The notes beneath the pieces were generated by a model. The model ran no database searches. It saw only the letters and a list, made by a program, of their open reading frames with translations, and was not told the DNA's origin. A stretch of DNA of 64,000 nt, taken from positions 14,198,001 to 14,262,000 of the forward strand of contig NC_135909.1 of NCBI RefSeq assembly GCF_964194155.1, written 5' to 3'. This stretch comes from Cetorhinus maximus (lineage: Eukaryota). Positions 26,199-39,479 of this stretch are shown here, piece by piece (within the stretch, counting starts at the first letter, position 1; the number at the start of each line of letters is the position of its first letter). Both the position numbers and the translations under genes were made by a program.

Positions 26199-27144
26199 AT
26201 GCAGTGCCAGGCGATATGTTGTAGCTGTGTGGTGTGGTTGCTGTTGGACCCCATTGTGGTTCCTCATGACCACATCTGTAGCAAATGTTGGTTGCTCGAG
26301 AAACTCCGGCTCAGAGTTGATGAGCTAAAGTCTGGGCCTCAGACACTGCGATACATCAGGGAGGGGGAGAGTTACCTGGACGCTCTGTTTCAGGTGACAG
26401 TCAGACCCCTTAGATTAACTACCATAAATTCGGCTAGTGGTCAGGGACAGGAGGGTGTGACTATGAGTGAGGCAGGTCGAGGGGTCCAGGAAGTAGCACT
26501 GCAGGAGCCTCAGCCGTTGCCCTTATCCAACAGGTTCGAGATTCTTGCTCCCTGTGTGGATGAGAGTGGGGACTGTAGGGAGGATGAGCAAACTGACCAT
26601 AGCACCATGGCACAGGGAGCCATTCAAGTGGGGGGAGAAAGGAGAAATGTAGTTGTACTCAGGGATAGTATAGTTAGGGGGATAGATACTGTTCTCTGTA
26701 GCCAGGATCGAGAGTCCCAAAGGCTGTGTTGCCTACCTGGTGCCAGGGTTAAGGATATCTGCAGAGGAACATGGAGTGGGAGGGGAAAGATCCAGTTGTT
26801 GTGGTCCACGTAGGTGCCAACGATATAGGTAGAACAAGGAAAGAGGTTCTGCTGAGGGAATACAAGCAGCTGGGGCTAAATTAAAAAGCAGAACCAAAAA
26901 GGTAATAATCTCCGGATTCCTACCTGAGCCACGAGCTAATTGGTATCGAGTCAATAAGATTAAAGAGGTGAATGTGTGGCTCAAAGATTGATGTGGGAGA
27001 AATGGGTTCGAATTCATGAGACATTGGCACTAGTACTGGGGAAAGGGGAAGCTATTCCATTTGGATGGGCTCCACTTTAATCAGGCTGGGACCAGTGTCC
27101 TGGCGAATTATATAACCAGGGTTGTAGATAGGGCTTTAAACTAA
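26199..27144 (+). pseudogene. CR1 ORF1 (Cys/His motif, coiled coil, SGNH esterase-like domain), frameshifted
   Basis: CCSC...HICSKC, LEKLRLRVDELKS, VVLRDSIVRGID (GDSL-like block) and CCLPGARVKDI. Frameshift near 26760, with later stop codons. Confidence 0.85.
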
Positions 27145-27147
27145 ATA

Positions 27148-30108
27148 GTGAGGGGGGAGGGTTCAGTTGCATGCAAATATAAAAAATTAAAGTTTAAGGG
27201 GAGGGTAAGAGTGCAGGTTAGTGACGAGGCTGATTGTTCCCAAAAAGTGAAAGGAAGGGACAGAGTGTGTGAACACCATATTGCACCAAAGATTCAAATA
27301 AAAGTAGGGAAAATTGACAACAGGGCAAACTTAAAGGCTTTGTATCTGAATGCGAGTAGCATTCGGAATAAAACTAATGAGTTAAAAGCGCAAATAGAGA
27401 TAAATAGGTATGATTTGGTGGTGATTACTGAGATGTGGTTACAGGGAGAACAGGTTTGGGAGTTGAATATCCAAGGGTACTCAGTGTTTCGGAAGGATAG
27501 GCAGGAAGGAAAAGGAGGTGGTATAGCTTTGTCAGTAAAGGAAGAGATCAGTGCCATAGTGAGGAATGATGTAGGCACTGGAGAGCAAGACGTAGAGTCA
27601 GTCTGGGTAGAAATCCTGGTGGAAGTAATCAATAGGTCCCCAAACAATAGTTCAGCAGTAAGGCACACAATAAACCATGAAATACTGGGAGCATGTAAGA
27701 AAGGCACAGCAATAATCATGGGTGATTTTAATATGCATATAGACTGGGCTAATCAAATTGGCAAGGGTAGCCTCGAGGGAGAGTTCATAGAGTGTATTAG
27801 AGATTGTTTCTTGAAGCAATGCGTTGTGGAACCAACCAGGGAGCAGGCTATTCTGGATTTGGTTTTGTGTAATGAGCTTAATGTTCTCAGAATAAAGGAT
27901 CCACTCCAGAAGAGTGATCATAGCATGTTAGAATTTCAAGTACAGTTTGAAAGCTAGAAACATGAGTCCCACACTAGTGTTCTGGAGTTAAACAAAGGTA
28001 ACTACATAGGCATGAGGGCAGATTTGGCCCTAGTGGACTGGGCAGGAAGACTACAATGTAGGACAGTTGATGAAGAGTGTCAGATATTTAAGGAGATATT
28101 CAATTCCTCTGAAGTAAAATATATTCCAAAGAGGAAGAAAGATTGTAAGAGGGGGAAAAAGCATCCATGGTTAAGCAAGGAAATTAAAGATAACATAAAG
28201 GCAAAAACTAAGGCATACCAAATTGCAAAGGTCAGAGGCAGGCTGGAAGATTGGGAAACTTTTAAAGATCAATAAAGGGTTACTAAAAAAATAATAAAAA
28301 GAGCAATGGTAAATTATGAAAGAAAACCAGCGCAAAATGTAAAAACTGATAGCAAAAGTTTCTGCGAGTATATAAAATGAAAGAGAGTAGCTAAAGTGAA
28401 TGTTGGTCCTTTGGAGGATGAGACTGGGGAGTTAATAGTGGGGAACGCTGAAATGGCAGAGACACTTAATCAATATTTTGTCTCCGTTTTCACGGTAGAG
28501 GACACTAGTACCACCCCAATAGTGATAGTTAGAGCAGAGGGTATAGAGAAGGAGGAACTTCAAACTATCACCATCACTAGAAAAAAAGTACTGAGCAAAC
28601 TATTGGGACTAAAGAGTGACAAGTCCCCAGGACCTGATGGCTGACATCCCAGGGTCTTAAAGGAAGTGGCAGCAGAGATAATGGATGCATTGATAATAAT
28701 ATTCCAAAATTCCCTGGATTCTGGAAAGGATCCAGTGGATTGGAAAAATGCTAATATGATACCCTTATTCAAAAAGGGGAGGAGACAGAAAGTAGGAAAC
28801 TATAGACCTGTTAGTTTAACTTCTGTCGCTGGGAAATTGTTAGAATACATTATTAAGGAAGTAGTAATGGGGCATTTGGAAAGACAAAATGCAATCCATC
28901 AGGGTCAGCATGGTTTTCTGAAGATTAAATCATGTTTGACTAATTTGCTAGAGTTCTTTGAAGACGTGACAAGCAAAATGGATAATGGGGATTGTGTAGA
29001 TGTAGTATATCTGGACTTCCACAAGACCTTTGATAAGGTGCCGTACAAAAGATTAATACACAAGATAAGATCACATGGAGTTAAGGGTAATATAGTAGTT
29101 TGGATAGAGGATTGGCTAACCAACAGAAAGTAGGGAGTCGGGATAAATGGGTCTTTTTCTGGATGGCAAGCTGTAACTAGTGGGGTGCCACAGGGTTCGG
29201 TCCTTGGGCCCCAACTATTTGCAATCTATATTAATGACTTGGATTCAGGAATAGAAGGTACTATAGCTAAATTTGCAGATGACACCAAAATAGGTGGGAA
29301 AGTAAGTTGTAATGAAGAAATAAGAAATTTACAAATGGATATGGACAGGTTAGGTGAATGGGCCAAAATTTGGCAGATGGAGTTTAACGTGAATAAGTGT
29401 GAGGTTATCCATTTTGGATTGAAATAAAAAGGTGAATTATTATTTAAAGGGAGAGAAACTTCAGAATGCTTCAGTGCAGAGGGACCTGGGTATCCTCGTG
29501 CATGAATCGCTGAAAGCTAGTATACAGGTACAGCAGGTAATGAGGAAGGAGAATGGAATTTTGGCATTTATTGCTAAAGGAATAGAATGTTAAAATAGGG
29601 AAGTGTTGTTGCAAATGTACAAGGCATTGGTGAGGCCGCACCTGGAGTGCTGTGCACCATTTTGGTCCCTTACTTGAGGAAGGATGTAGTTGCATTGGAG
29701 GAAGTTCAGAGGGGGCTCACTAGATTGATTCCAGAGATGCAGGGCTTGCCTTATGAGAAGAGATTGAGCACTTTAGGCCTAACCTCACAAGAGCTTAGAA
29801 GGATGAGAGGATATATAATTGAGGTATATAAGATGCTAAAGGGGATAGAAAAAGTAGATGTGAAGTGGATGTTTCCCTTTGTGGGGGATTATAGAATGAG
29901 AGGCCATAATTTTAGGCTAAGGGGTGATAGATTTAAATCAGGGATGAGGAGGAATTACTTTGCTCAATGGGTCGTGAATCTGTGGAATTCACTACCTCAG
30001 AGTGCAGTGGATGTCGGGACGCTGAATAAGTTTAAGGAGGAGATAGACAGATTTTTAATTAGTAACGGTTTGAAAGGTTATGGGGAGAGGGCGGGAAATT
30101 GGAGTTGA
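27148..30108 (+). pseudogene. CR1 ORF2 (APE endonuclease + reverse transcriptase) with multiple stops
   Basis: LYLNASS, ITEMWL, MGDFN and SDH (endonuclease); NYRPVSLTS, YLDFHKTFDKV, PQGSVLGP and FADD (RT). Confidence 0.93.
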
Positions 30109-30344
30109 GGCCGAAATGAGATCAGCTATGATCATATTGAATGGCGGGGCAGGCTCGAGGGGCTGCATTGCCTACTCCTGCTTCTCATTCTTATGAATGA
30201 CTGGTGAGCTGTAGCCAGATTCTAACTTATATTGGACAGACCCTTCTCAATCCAATTCTCAACTAATCAGAGAGCCAGGTAGAAGAAACTGTAAGTTCTG
30301 ACCGGCTTATATTTTCATATTTGAAAAGCCTGCCAATTTCAGAT

Positions 30345-32400
30345 CATGTGGGGATAATTCTATTTCCAGCAATTTCTGCTACTGAATGCAACTTGGGGAT
30401 TCATGCTGTACCTTCTAATTCTGTGACTTGTACATGAGAGGGGTTTGTTCTAAATCTGTAACTCCCTGTTTTTCTTTTTGTGATGGTTGAAATCATTCTC
30501 TATCTGCTAATCTTGTACCATGTGAGAGTGTAGGATTCTCTCTGCATCTGTCACTTGCTGAACTGCATGTGTGTGAGAGATTTATTATGTGTCTGTCAGT
30601 ATCTGCTTCTATATGCAAGTGCTGATATCAATCTGTACTGCCCAGTCTCTGCTCTGCTCTGTGAGTATGGTCACATTCACTGTCTGTCATTGTTCTATGT
30701 GACTGTGGGATTCATTCTGTGATCATCAGCACTTGGGACTCAGCAAGTATGAGAGTCACTCTGCATCTCTCCATTTGTCATCCATTGTCAGGTTAATTCT
30801 GTAACTGACATTCATTGGAGCTGTGTTGTAATGGCCTTAGTTCTGTACCTGTTAGTCTCTGGTTTGGGATGTGGATTTGGGACATATTCCGTATCTGACA
30901 GACTCTGGTACTGAATGTGACAATCAATGTAACTTTGTATCTGTCAGTCTTTATGCAAAATAATTTGTAATTGTGTATTTGTCTGCCTATGGTACTGTAT
31001 GTGAGCATGAAATGAATTATGTACCTGTCAGTCATGGAACTGAATGTGATTTTGTGATCCATTCCATCTGTCAGTTCCCAGAATTACAAGTGAATGTAGT
31101 GCTCATTCTGAAGCTGACAGTATCTGGAAGTGAGTGTGAGTTTGACTTTAGTTCTGCAGTCATCTGTCTTTGACTACATGTGTAATTTATTCATTCTGCA
31201 AGTATCAGTCTCTGGTCCTGTATCCAAATGTTGATTTTTGTTTGTATCTGTCAGTTGTGGGACTGTGTGTGAGTGCAGGATGAACTATATGAATGTCATT
31301 CTCTGATACTATATCAGTGGGATTCGATCTGCTTCAATATATCACTTGTGAAATATTAAAAACAAGTGCTTCCTTTCAGTTACCTGTGAAATGCAATATT
31401 GTTGCATTCAATCTGTATGTGTCCATCTCTTGTCTTGCATGTGGATGTGTTATTTTTTCTGTATCAGTCGGTCCCAGATAATTGACATGAGAATGAGATT
31501 AACTCTAACCCTAATATATGTGACTGTGGCATTCAGTATTTAGCTGTCCATATCTGGAATTAATTGTATCAGTGAAGTTGATTTTACTTTTTTCTTCATC
31601 TATTGCTGTCGGTGAATGAGATTTGTCTCATGCCTGTCAGTCGGTGGCACTTTAAATGACTGCTTTTGGTTTATGCCTTATTGTCTTTTTCTGTGTGTAG
31701 GCCTGTGGATTTTTTTTCTGCATTTCAGGGTTTGGTCCCCTGTATAAAGTGGGATTAATGCAGTGTATGTCAGTTTTTGGTGAGTGTGGACATACTTCTG
31801 TGTTAGTCAGTCTCTCAAACTGAATGTGAGTGTGCATTCATTCAGTTTTCATCAGCATCTGGCAGACCCTGAGGGTGGGAATCATTCAATATCTGTCAGT
31901 TTCTGGTATTGTATGTGAATGTGCTGCTCATTCTGTGTCATTACCTTGTAAAAGGTGTGAGTGCGGGGTTTATTTGTACCTGTCACTGTGCAATACCGAA
32001 TGGGATTATGAGTTTCATTCTGTATTTTTCAATCTCTACTTCTCGACGTAAATGTGTTTATTTTTGGCCGTCAGTCTCAGGTACAATAAGAGACTCTGGA
32101 ATTTATTATCCCTTTGCCAGTCTCTGGTAGGGTATGTGACACTGGGCTACATTCTACATCTTTCAGTCAATGGCAATGGATATGAAAGTATCTTTAATTC
32201 TGTATTTGTCAGTCCCTGGGTTGAATGTGGTATTTGGAATTTGTTGTTCTTATGTCTGTCTCTAGATTTTTATGTGAGTTTGGGGTTCATTCTCGATCTA
32301 TGTGTCTCTGCTATCGAATGCAACTGTGCGGGTTTTCTGTATTGGTCCTTCACCTGCATCTCAGGCATGATCTAAGGGTACATTCAGTAGTTCTGTGCAA
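30345..32400 (+). repeat. Degenerate ~46-bp satellite-like array
   Basis: Same gtgggattcattctgtatctgtcagtctctgg-like unit. Confidence 0.7.
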
Positions 32401-33399
32401 GTTGTGTAGTGGTATTTAATTTTTATCTCTGTGAGAACAAATACGAGTGATAATATATGCATCAATCTCAAACCTGGTCCATTATTTAATTCCCGCAGTT
32501 TGAAAAAAACAGAATTCATACTTTAATATTCTAGTCTAACACTTAGTGAGATTATGGAACTGGTATTTAATGTATAGCTCACTCCACATTCTGAGGTGCT
32601 TAGTAGCAATTCATCCTGCATATTACAATAGGGTAAATGTTGTCTGACGTAGTTAATAATTAGTATTTAATTTGTGGCCGAGGTGACACTGTGTATTTAA
32701 ATCGAATAGTGGCTGTGCTTTTGCCCTGGGATTGATGTCCTCAGGTGTACTGGTTTAATGTAAACAACTTTTCCCACCAATGCTCTGTTTGACTCTTATA
32801 TTGAAAGGGCGCCTCTCAATCTTGGGATCTATATCGGTCTCCATCTGATTCATTTTGGCCTAAAGACCTGGCAGTATCTATGTGCTTTGTGAGTGATATT
32901 GTACTTACTGTGAGTTGGAACCATCAGGCTGCACTTTTCCTTGTTTCGAAGAACCATCTGGTCCTTCAATTCTTTCCGTGCACACAGAAAACATAACTCC
33001 TTCACCTGAAGAATAGGTGAAGTAGAAGATACAAAAGAGATCAATGTATTTTTAAAATAAGTGTTATTATAATGAACAATCAACTAAGCAAAACTAGCAG
33101 CATAACAGTGCCTGACCCCACCACGGTACTGTTTCTGCTTATCTGCTATTTTGAGCGGTTTTACAACAATTTTATGACGTCCAGAAACAACCTGTCCTGT
33201 GCACTGCTCCTTGAATTAGACTATCCGATGGAGGAGTGACTTTGGCAAGGGTCAGATTTATATTTGCTGCTCCCTTTCAACTAACTGTACACCCGGAAAC
33301 AAGCAGGTACAGTTTAAAATGTCTCTTTCACACTTCTCACCTGGTGCCTGAAATTGATCTTCTTTGTGTAACTGGAAACATTGTTACTGTGCGGCTATT

Positions 33400-34100
33400 T
33401 CCCCCGCCATTCTCTGTCCAATAACAAGGGACAGTGGGAGCCGGAACTAAGCCAGGAAGCTTCACTCGGGTTTGGGGAGAGAAAGCAGCAATGATCTTCA
33501 ATGGCGAGTTCTTCTCACTCTGTCCAGACACTGCTCGAGAATGGCCTCTCCCTTCCCCCCGCTCACTCCATGTTCCGGGAGCAGCTCGTGTTCCAGGGAG
33601 CCCATTAAAAACAGCCGCCGCCTCCGCCTCAGCTGCCCGGACACTCAATGCCAATCTCTGAGCATATCTGCGGACGCGGCTCCAAACCGATGCGCTGCTT
33701 TAAGCAGATGCTGTTTGTTCACTTCCCTCTGGGGCGGTGATGTCTCCGATCGCTGCTGAATTAAACCCTATTCCGCTCACTGAGTGAATGACGCTCCCAG
33801 CCATTGTTGGGGATAGAGTTGCGCATGCGCTGTTATCCTCAATTTGACGACACTGGGGGGCGGGGTTAAACTGCGCGTGCGCAGATCTCCGTAGCAATTC
33901 AGCCGCTAAAATCAATGGGAATTTTGCCCATTTCACTCTCATCACAGAGAGAACAAAATCTCCGAACCTGTGTCGGCGCGGGGGGCAAGGGGCGTTGGGT
34001 GCGAGTGGACGTGTGGCGGTGGCACACTGGTGGGTAAAGGCCTCTTTACAACATCAATTTTAACCCGAGATTCCCCCAAACAGCTTGTAAAATGCTGGAA
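33400..34100. promoter_or_regulatory. CpG-rich region with NRF1-like sites upstream of H4
   Basis: GCGCATGCGC at 33821-33830, TGCGCGTGCGCA at 33872-33883, GC box near 33856; CpG density is visibly above the flanks. Confidence 0.5.
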
Positions 34101-34435
34101 CCGTGTGTGTATGAGGATGGTGATGTTACTGAGGATGATTCCTGTTTTAGAATAGACTGTGTTTAGGTCGGAATATTACTGAGTGTTAATTATAACGAGA
34201 GCATATTTCAAAGCTCCGGGTTTGCTGAAACTCCTGACTGTGAAGCCCGGGTCTGTCCGGGTTTGTGTCTCGGTTCCATTGGTAATAAACGGGTTGAAAT
34301 TGGCGGTTGCAGAAACTGGAGGAGGAACTGAAAGATCAGGGGCTGTTCTTTCTCTGTCTGTCACTCCGGCTCTCTCCTCCCTCCCGCTCTCTGTTTAATC
34401 TTCACTTTGTCTCCTCCCCTCCCTGCTCTCAAACG

Positions 34436-34475
34436 GCGTTTTTCAGTCAGGTCGGGGCGGGCTCTTTAAAAGAGG
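34436..34475 (+). promoter_or_regulatory. H4 proximal promoter
   Basis: TTCAGTCAGGTCGG resembles the H4 subtype element (TTCAATCTGGTCCG). It is followed by GGGGCGG and TATA-like TTTAAAAG. Confidence 0.6.
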
Positions 34476-34520
34476 AACGTGAAGCAGCTCGTGTCTCATA
34501 TTCTGCAGTGATCTGAGTGA

Positions 34521-34841
<321 letters not shown>

Positions 34842-34875
34842 ACAACTCGACCCTTTCTACCGAACACACAACAAA

Positions 34876-34891
34876 GGCTCTTCTCAGAGCC
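34876..34891 (+). other. Histone 3' stem-loop (H4)
   Basis: aaa-GGCTCT-TCTC-AGAGCC-accca with a purine-rich HDE-like agagagagc ~15 nt downstream. Confidence 0.95.
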
Positions 34892-34980
34892 ACCCACCAC
34901 CTCACAGAGAGAGCAGAGACCTGGGAACAGGAATTGGGATTGGCTGTGATCGGGAATGTTAGTGTCTGAAACAGAAAAGA

Positions 34981-35115
34981 GAGCTCTAACGAAGAGTGAA
35001 ACGGACTAGAAACGCTAACTCTTTTCTATCCACAGATTCTGTGAGACCTACGGAGGTTTCCAGCATTTTCTGTTTTTAGTTCAGATTTCCAGCATGTGCA
35101 GTATTTTTCATTTAT
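34981..35115 (+). mobile_element. Penelope-type terminal repeat remnant with decayed hammerhead
   Basis: gagct-ctaacga-agagtgaaacggacta-gaaac-gct-aactc followed by the ...tttccagcattttctgttttt...cagatttccagcat tail. Confidence 0.55.
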
Positions 35116-35589
35116 TTTAGTGCCTGATTTGTTCCGGGGTTCTGGGGGATGGACTAAGTAACTCGATTTAATCGTAGTTTATTATCCCTTTCCCCCCTCT
35201 TTATAGTCATGAACTGCCCAGAATGAGGGCAATGGGAAGGGGTGTGAAGCCCCCAGCACCGGTTCCATTTCATTACCCACTCCAGACCTCTAAGCGATCG
35301 GCGATTTTAAGGGTTGGTTGTGCTGTAGGGAGCAATGGACAGTCCTTCAATTTTTGCCTCGGAAATCCAGCACTGACTTTACACAGTTCAAACAACAGAC
35401 TGGTGTTTCTGTCCATAAATGTGCAGGTTCACCAGGATGATGCCGGGTTTAAAAATTGTCGGAATAGGTTAAATGAATAGGAATTTCATTCGGGTTAGGG
35501 AATAATGATTTGCAGTAAAAATGGTATTTTTAATTTTAAGAAATGAAGGAACAAAGTCTTCTGATGTCGAGGCGGTAAACGGCTGGAAA

Positions 35590-35755
35590 TAAAGGCGGAA
35601 TTTTTGAAATGAGCGATTAAAAACTACTCGACCAATGGAGACCTGGCAACTCAGCCAGGGATTAGTTCATTGGTTAGATATTGGATAAAAGTCCCTGGGC
35701 GTAAGGCTGCAGCCAATTACTGTTCGGGGCGGTTCCTCACAGAGTTTAAAAAGGC
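35590..35755 (+). promoter_or_regulatory. H3 promoter
   Basis: GGCGG-aatt-TTTGAA at 35594-35608, several CCAAT/ATTGG boxes, GGGGCGG, and TATA-like TTTAAAAAG near 35745. Confidence 0.65.
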
Positions 35756-35795
35756 GAGTTGCAGTGCAGTTTATCTTAATAGTTCTTGCAGCTGA

Positions 35796-36230
<435 letters not shown>

Positions 36231-36259
36231 AACCCGGCTTCAGCACCAAGTACAACAAA

Positions 36260-36275
36260 GGCTCTTTTAAGAGCC
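36260..36275 (+). other. Histone 3' stem-loop (H3)
   Basis: GGCTCT-TTTA-AGAGCC; HDE-like tgaaagctg downstream. Confidence 0.95.
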
Positions 36276-36991
36276 ACTAAATCGGCAAATGAAAGCTGTG
36301 ATCTCCTGTTGACCACTCCAGCACTTAGACATCGCGAAGTTACCATTTACCTCCTTCCATCAGTTTATTTTTTGTCTACAAACCTCTTTTGGGGTTGATA
36401 ATCACAGACAATGCAGTTGTAAGTTGTAGCGCAAATGGTGTCTTAATTTAAGCATAAAATTGGGAATGTGGTCACCTTAGTGCTCTAGGATACTTACATT
36501 ATCAGCGCCGCATTTATTGGATTAAATACTGCGAGCAGACATAAATCCCGGACAAAGAGTGAGCTGCGGGTTACAAGTCAGTGCTCATGATGTCAATAAA
36601 GGCAACGCCCTGAGCAACAAACGTATATCCCTCCGGTGCACAGATTTATCATAGAATCAACCAATTTGCACAGCACGGGAGGCCATTCGGCCCTTCGGTG
36701 CCTGCATCTGCTGTCCAAAAGAGTGTTATGACCGAAAGCTTTCCCCCCGCCCCATCCTTGCACGTTGTTTATATTCAAATAATCAGCAAATACCCTCTTG
36801 AATGCCTCCATTGAACCTGCGTCCACTACTTCCAGAGAGTGCATTCCAGTCCCGAACCACTCGGATGGAAATGTAATTTCTCTTTTGATACGAGTTGGTT
36901 GTCGTTGCGGATCATTAGAAACGCTTCACCATTACTGAAATTCGGCACGTAGCGGTAGTCAATAGTTCACCCTTTCACAGACTCTGTGGGT

Positions 36992-37007
36992 GGCTCTGGA
37001 AAGAGCC
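36992..37007 (-). other. Histone 3' stem-loop (H2A copy 1), variant loop
   Basis: ccaaa-GGCTCT-TTCC-AGAGCC-accca on the minus strand. Confidence 0.93.
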
Positions 37008-37037
37008 TTTGGGCTATTAGATTAAAGAATGGCCGCT

Positions 37038-37439
<402 letters not shown>

Positions 37440-38699
37440 TCAAAAACACTTTCACAGTGAATGAGGAAATGCGCTCGCATTCGCTTCTCTTATAGCTTCG
37501 GGAGGAATGGTGCTGCGGGCGTTTGCTGATTGGTCATTTTGTGGAGCGTCACATAATTTTGTTCATATCACCAATCAGTTATCTACTGAACTCACCAACC
37601 CGGAGACTCCACGGAGTGAGGGCGGAAAATCCAGCGCCAAATTTTGAGATTCCAACCGTTCTTTTTTTTCAAATTTTAAAAGCCCGCCAAATTTGTAAAA
37701 AAAAAGCCAAAAAAGAACGGATCGAACATAGTACTAAATGTATAAAAGCAAAATACTGCTGATGCTGGAAATCTGAAACTAAAACAAAAATACCTGGCAA
37801 AGCTCATCGGAGAGGAAGAAAGTTGACGTTTCGAGTCCTAATTGGAAATGGTTACTCAGTATTTAGTATTCGAATGTTACATTCACTTCATCTCTCTCTC
37901 TCTTTCCCCGGACTGCAGTTTTTTGTATATTTCAGTTTCTGATTTTCTGTCTGGGTTTATGTGTAACTGAAAACAAGTCGAAAATAACGGCGCAAATTTA
38001 CGCAATCTATTTTTTTATTCGACGTCGAAATTACCGCGGATATATTTATAAAACAAGATATAAATTCCATATAGAATACCAGTTAATAGTGAACACAGTC
38101 TGACGACAAAGTTTTACAAATGTCCTTCCCTGATGGGACTATTTCACATTTTATCCATTTTAAATTTCAGATTCGCTTTAAGAATCCGGCATCAATTCGA
38201 GGTAATCTCGATCCGTCATGAAACCTTCTTAGCAGCCGGCTGAAAGTGCCATTTACATCGTTCTGCTGATAGACGTTATATTGTAGATATTTGTGACAGC
38301 CAAAATTGAACATACTTGGAGTAAATTTGCCAGCGTTGAGACTGAAGGTTGCTACACAACCGGTGCTTATAGGAAATTAACTGATCGATTATTGAGGCCA
38401 AACTTGAACCGAATTGGAACCTGAAGAATTTGCGTTCTATTCGCTCTCTCTCCAAAACCAGGGAAAGGGGTCGAATATGACGCGTCTTAAAACAAAGCGC
38501 AGAGGGTGAGCGGCAAGACATTAATTTATGGGGCATCATTAACGAGGCCCAACAATTGAACGAGTGTTAAATTTACATTGCTGTGAATCTGTGACTGAAA
38601 CGTGATCAAAATAACAATTTCACAATTCTAAATGCTTCATAGTAAAATCATAAATTAGTAGTAATGAAATCATATAGCTTTTTCAGAGAGATTGTGAGT

Positions 38700-38715
38700 G
38701 GCTCTTAAAAGAGCC
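38700..38715 (-). other. Histone 3' stem-loop (H2B copy 1)
   Basis: GGCTCT-TTTA-AGAGCC on the minus strand; HDE-like gaaaaagct. Confidence 0.95.
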
Positions 38716-38754
38716 GTTGTGTTGTGAATGTGTTTTTCAGTCAGTTCGGGGGTT

Positions 38755-39129
38755 TTACTTGGAGCTGGTGTACTTGGTCACCGCCTTTGTCCCTTCCGAC
38801 ACGGCGTGCTTGGCCAGTTCCCCGGGCAGCAGCAGGCGCACGGCGGTCTGGATCTCCCGGGAGCTGATGGTGCTGCGCTTGTTGTAATGGGCCAGGCGGG
38901 AAGCCTCACCCGCGATGCGCTCGAAAATATCGCTCACGAACGAGTTCATGATGCTCATGGCCTTGGAGGAGATGCCGGTGTCGGGGTGAACCTGCTTCAT
39001 CACTTTGTAGATGTAGATGGCGTAACTCTCCTTCCTCGACTTTCGCCGCTTCTTGCCGCCCTTCACTACCGGTTTCTTTAAGGCTTTCTTGCCTCCCTTC
39101 TTGGGAGCTGGTTTCTTCTCATCAACCAT
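38755..39129 (-). CDS. H2B: Histone H2B, copy 1 (124 aa from MVDEKK)
   Basis: H2B core [14 protein letters not shown]...VTKYTSSK. Start placed at ATG 39129 because the TATA-like and octamer-like elements lie inside the longer ORF-track extension. Confidence 0.97.
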   Translation of the reverse strand: MVDEKKPAPKKGGKKALKKPVVKGGKKRRKSRKESYAIYIYKVMKQVHPDTGISSKAMSIMNSFVSDIFERIAGEASRLAHYNKRSTISSREIQTAVRLLLPGELAKHAVSEGTKAVTKYTSSK

Positions 39130-39171
39130 CTTCAGTTTCAGACACAGAATAAAACAAATCCCTTCCGAGCG

Positions 39172-39310
39172 CCGATTAAATAGACAGTCTGACAGACCTA
39201 TGCTAATGAGGAATGGGGAAACAATGATTCTGATTGGACATTTAAAAAAGTACAACAGCCACTTATTTTATACTTTTCTCTGATTGCATATTTAAAGACA
39301 CCAATCAAAT
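39172..39310 (-). promoter_or_regulatory. H2B copy 1 promoter
   Basis: TATTTAA, octamer-like CTCATTAGCAT at 39200-39210 (canonical ATTTGCAT) and CCAAT boxes. The same layout occurs at 56090-56246. Confidence 0.7.
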
Positions 39311-39479
39311 TTCGACTTCTCCACCCTCACTAGCCCTTTGACTACAATCAGGAAAGAAATTTTATCAGGATTCTCTCCAGTCCCAGTTTGTGAAGATACA
39401 CCGGGAATTGTCGTCTGGTTGTCCGTGCGAGGGGCCCTTCTCCACAGAGGGACTGAACGGGAATGCGGGATTCCTCCTG

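Larger units (their letters stand above)
25029..30190 (+). mobile_element. Full-length but inactivated CR1-type LINE with target-site duplication
   Basis: 5' tandem array, ORF1, ORF2 and 3' tail (cctactcctgcttctcattc), flanked by TTATGAATGA at 25019-25028 and 30191-30200. Confidence 0.9.

Noticed and set aside
21850-32419. Cys-rich short ORFs in the satellite regions as zinc-finger or metallothionein-like genes
   Set aside because: Cys/Val/Ser richness comes from TG-rich repeat units; there is no C2H2 spacing or linker motif.
39130-39255. N-terminal extensions of the H2B ORFs (also 56179-56298) and H2A 57604-57609
   Set aside because: The H2B extensions span the TATA, octamer and CCAAT elements and use different frames in the two copies. 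The H2A extension starts at GTG.
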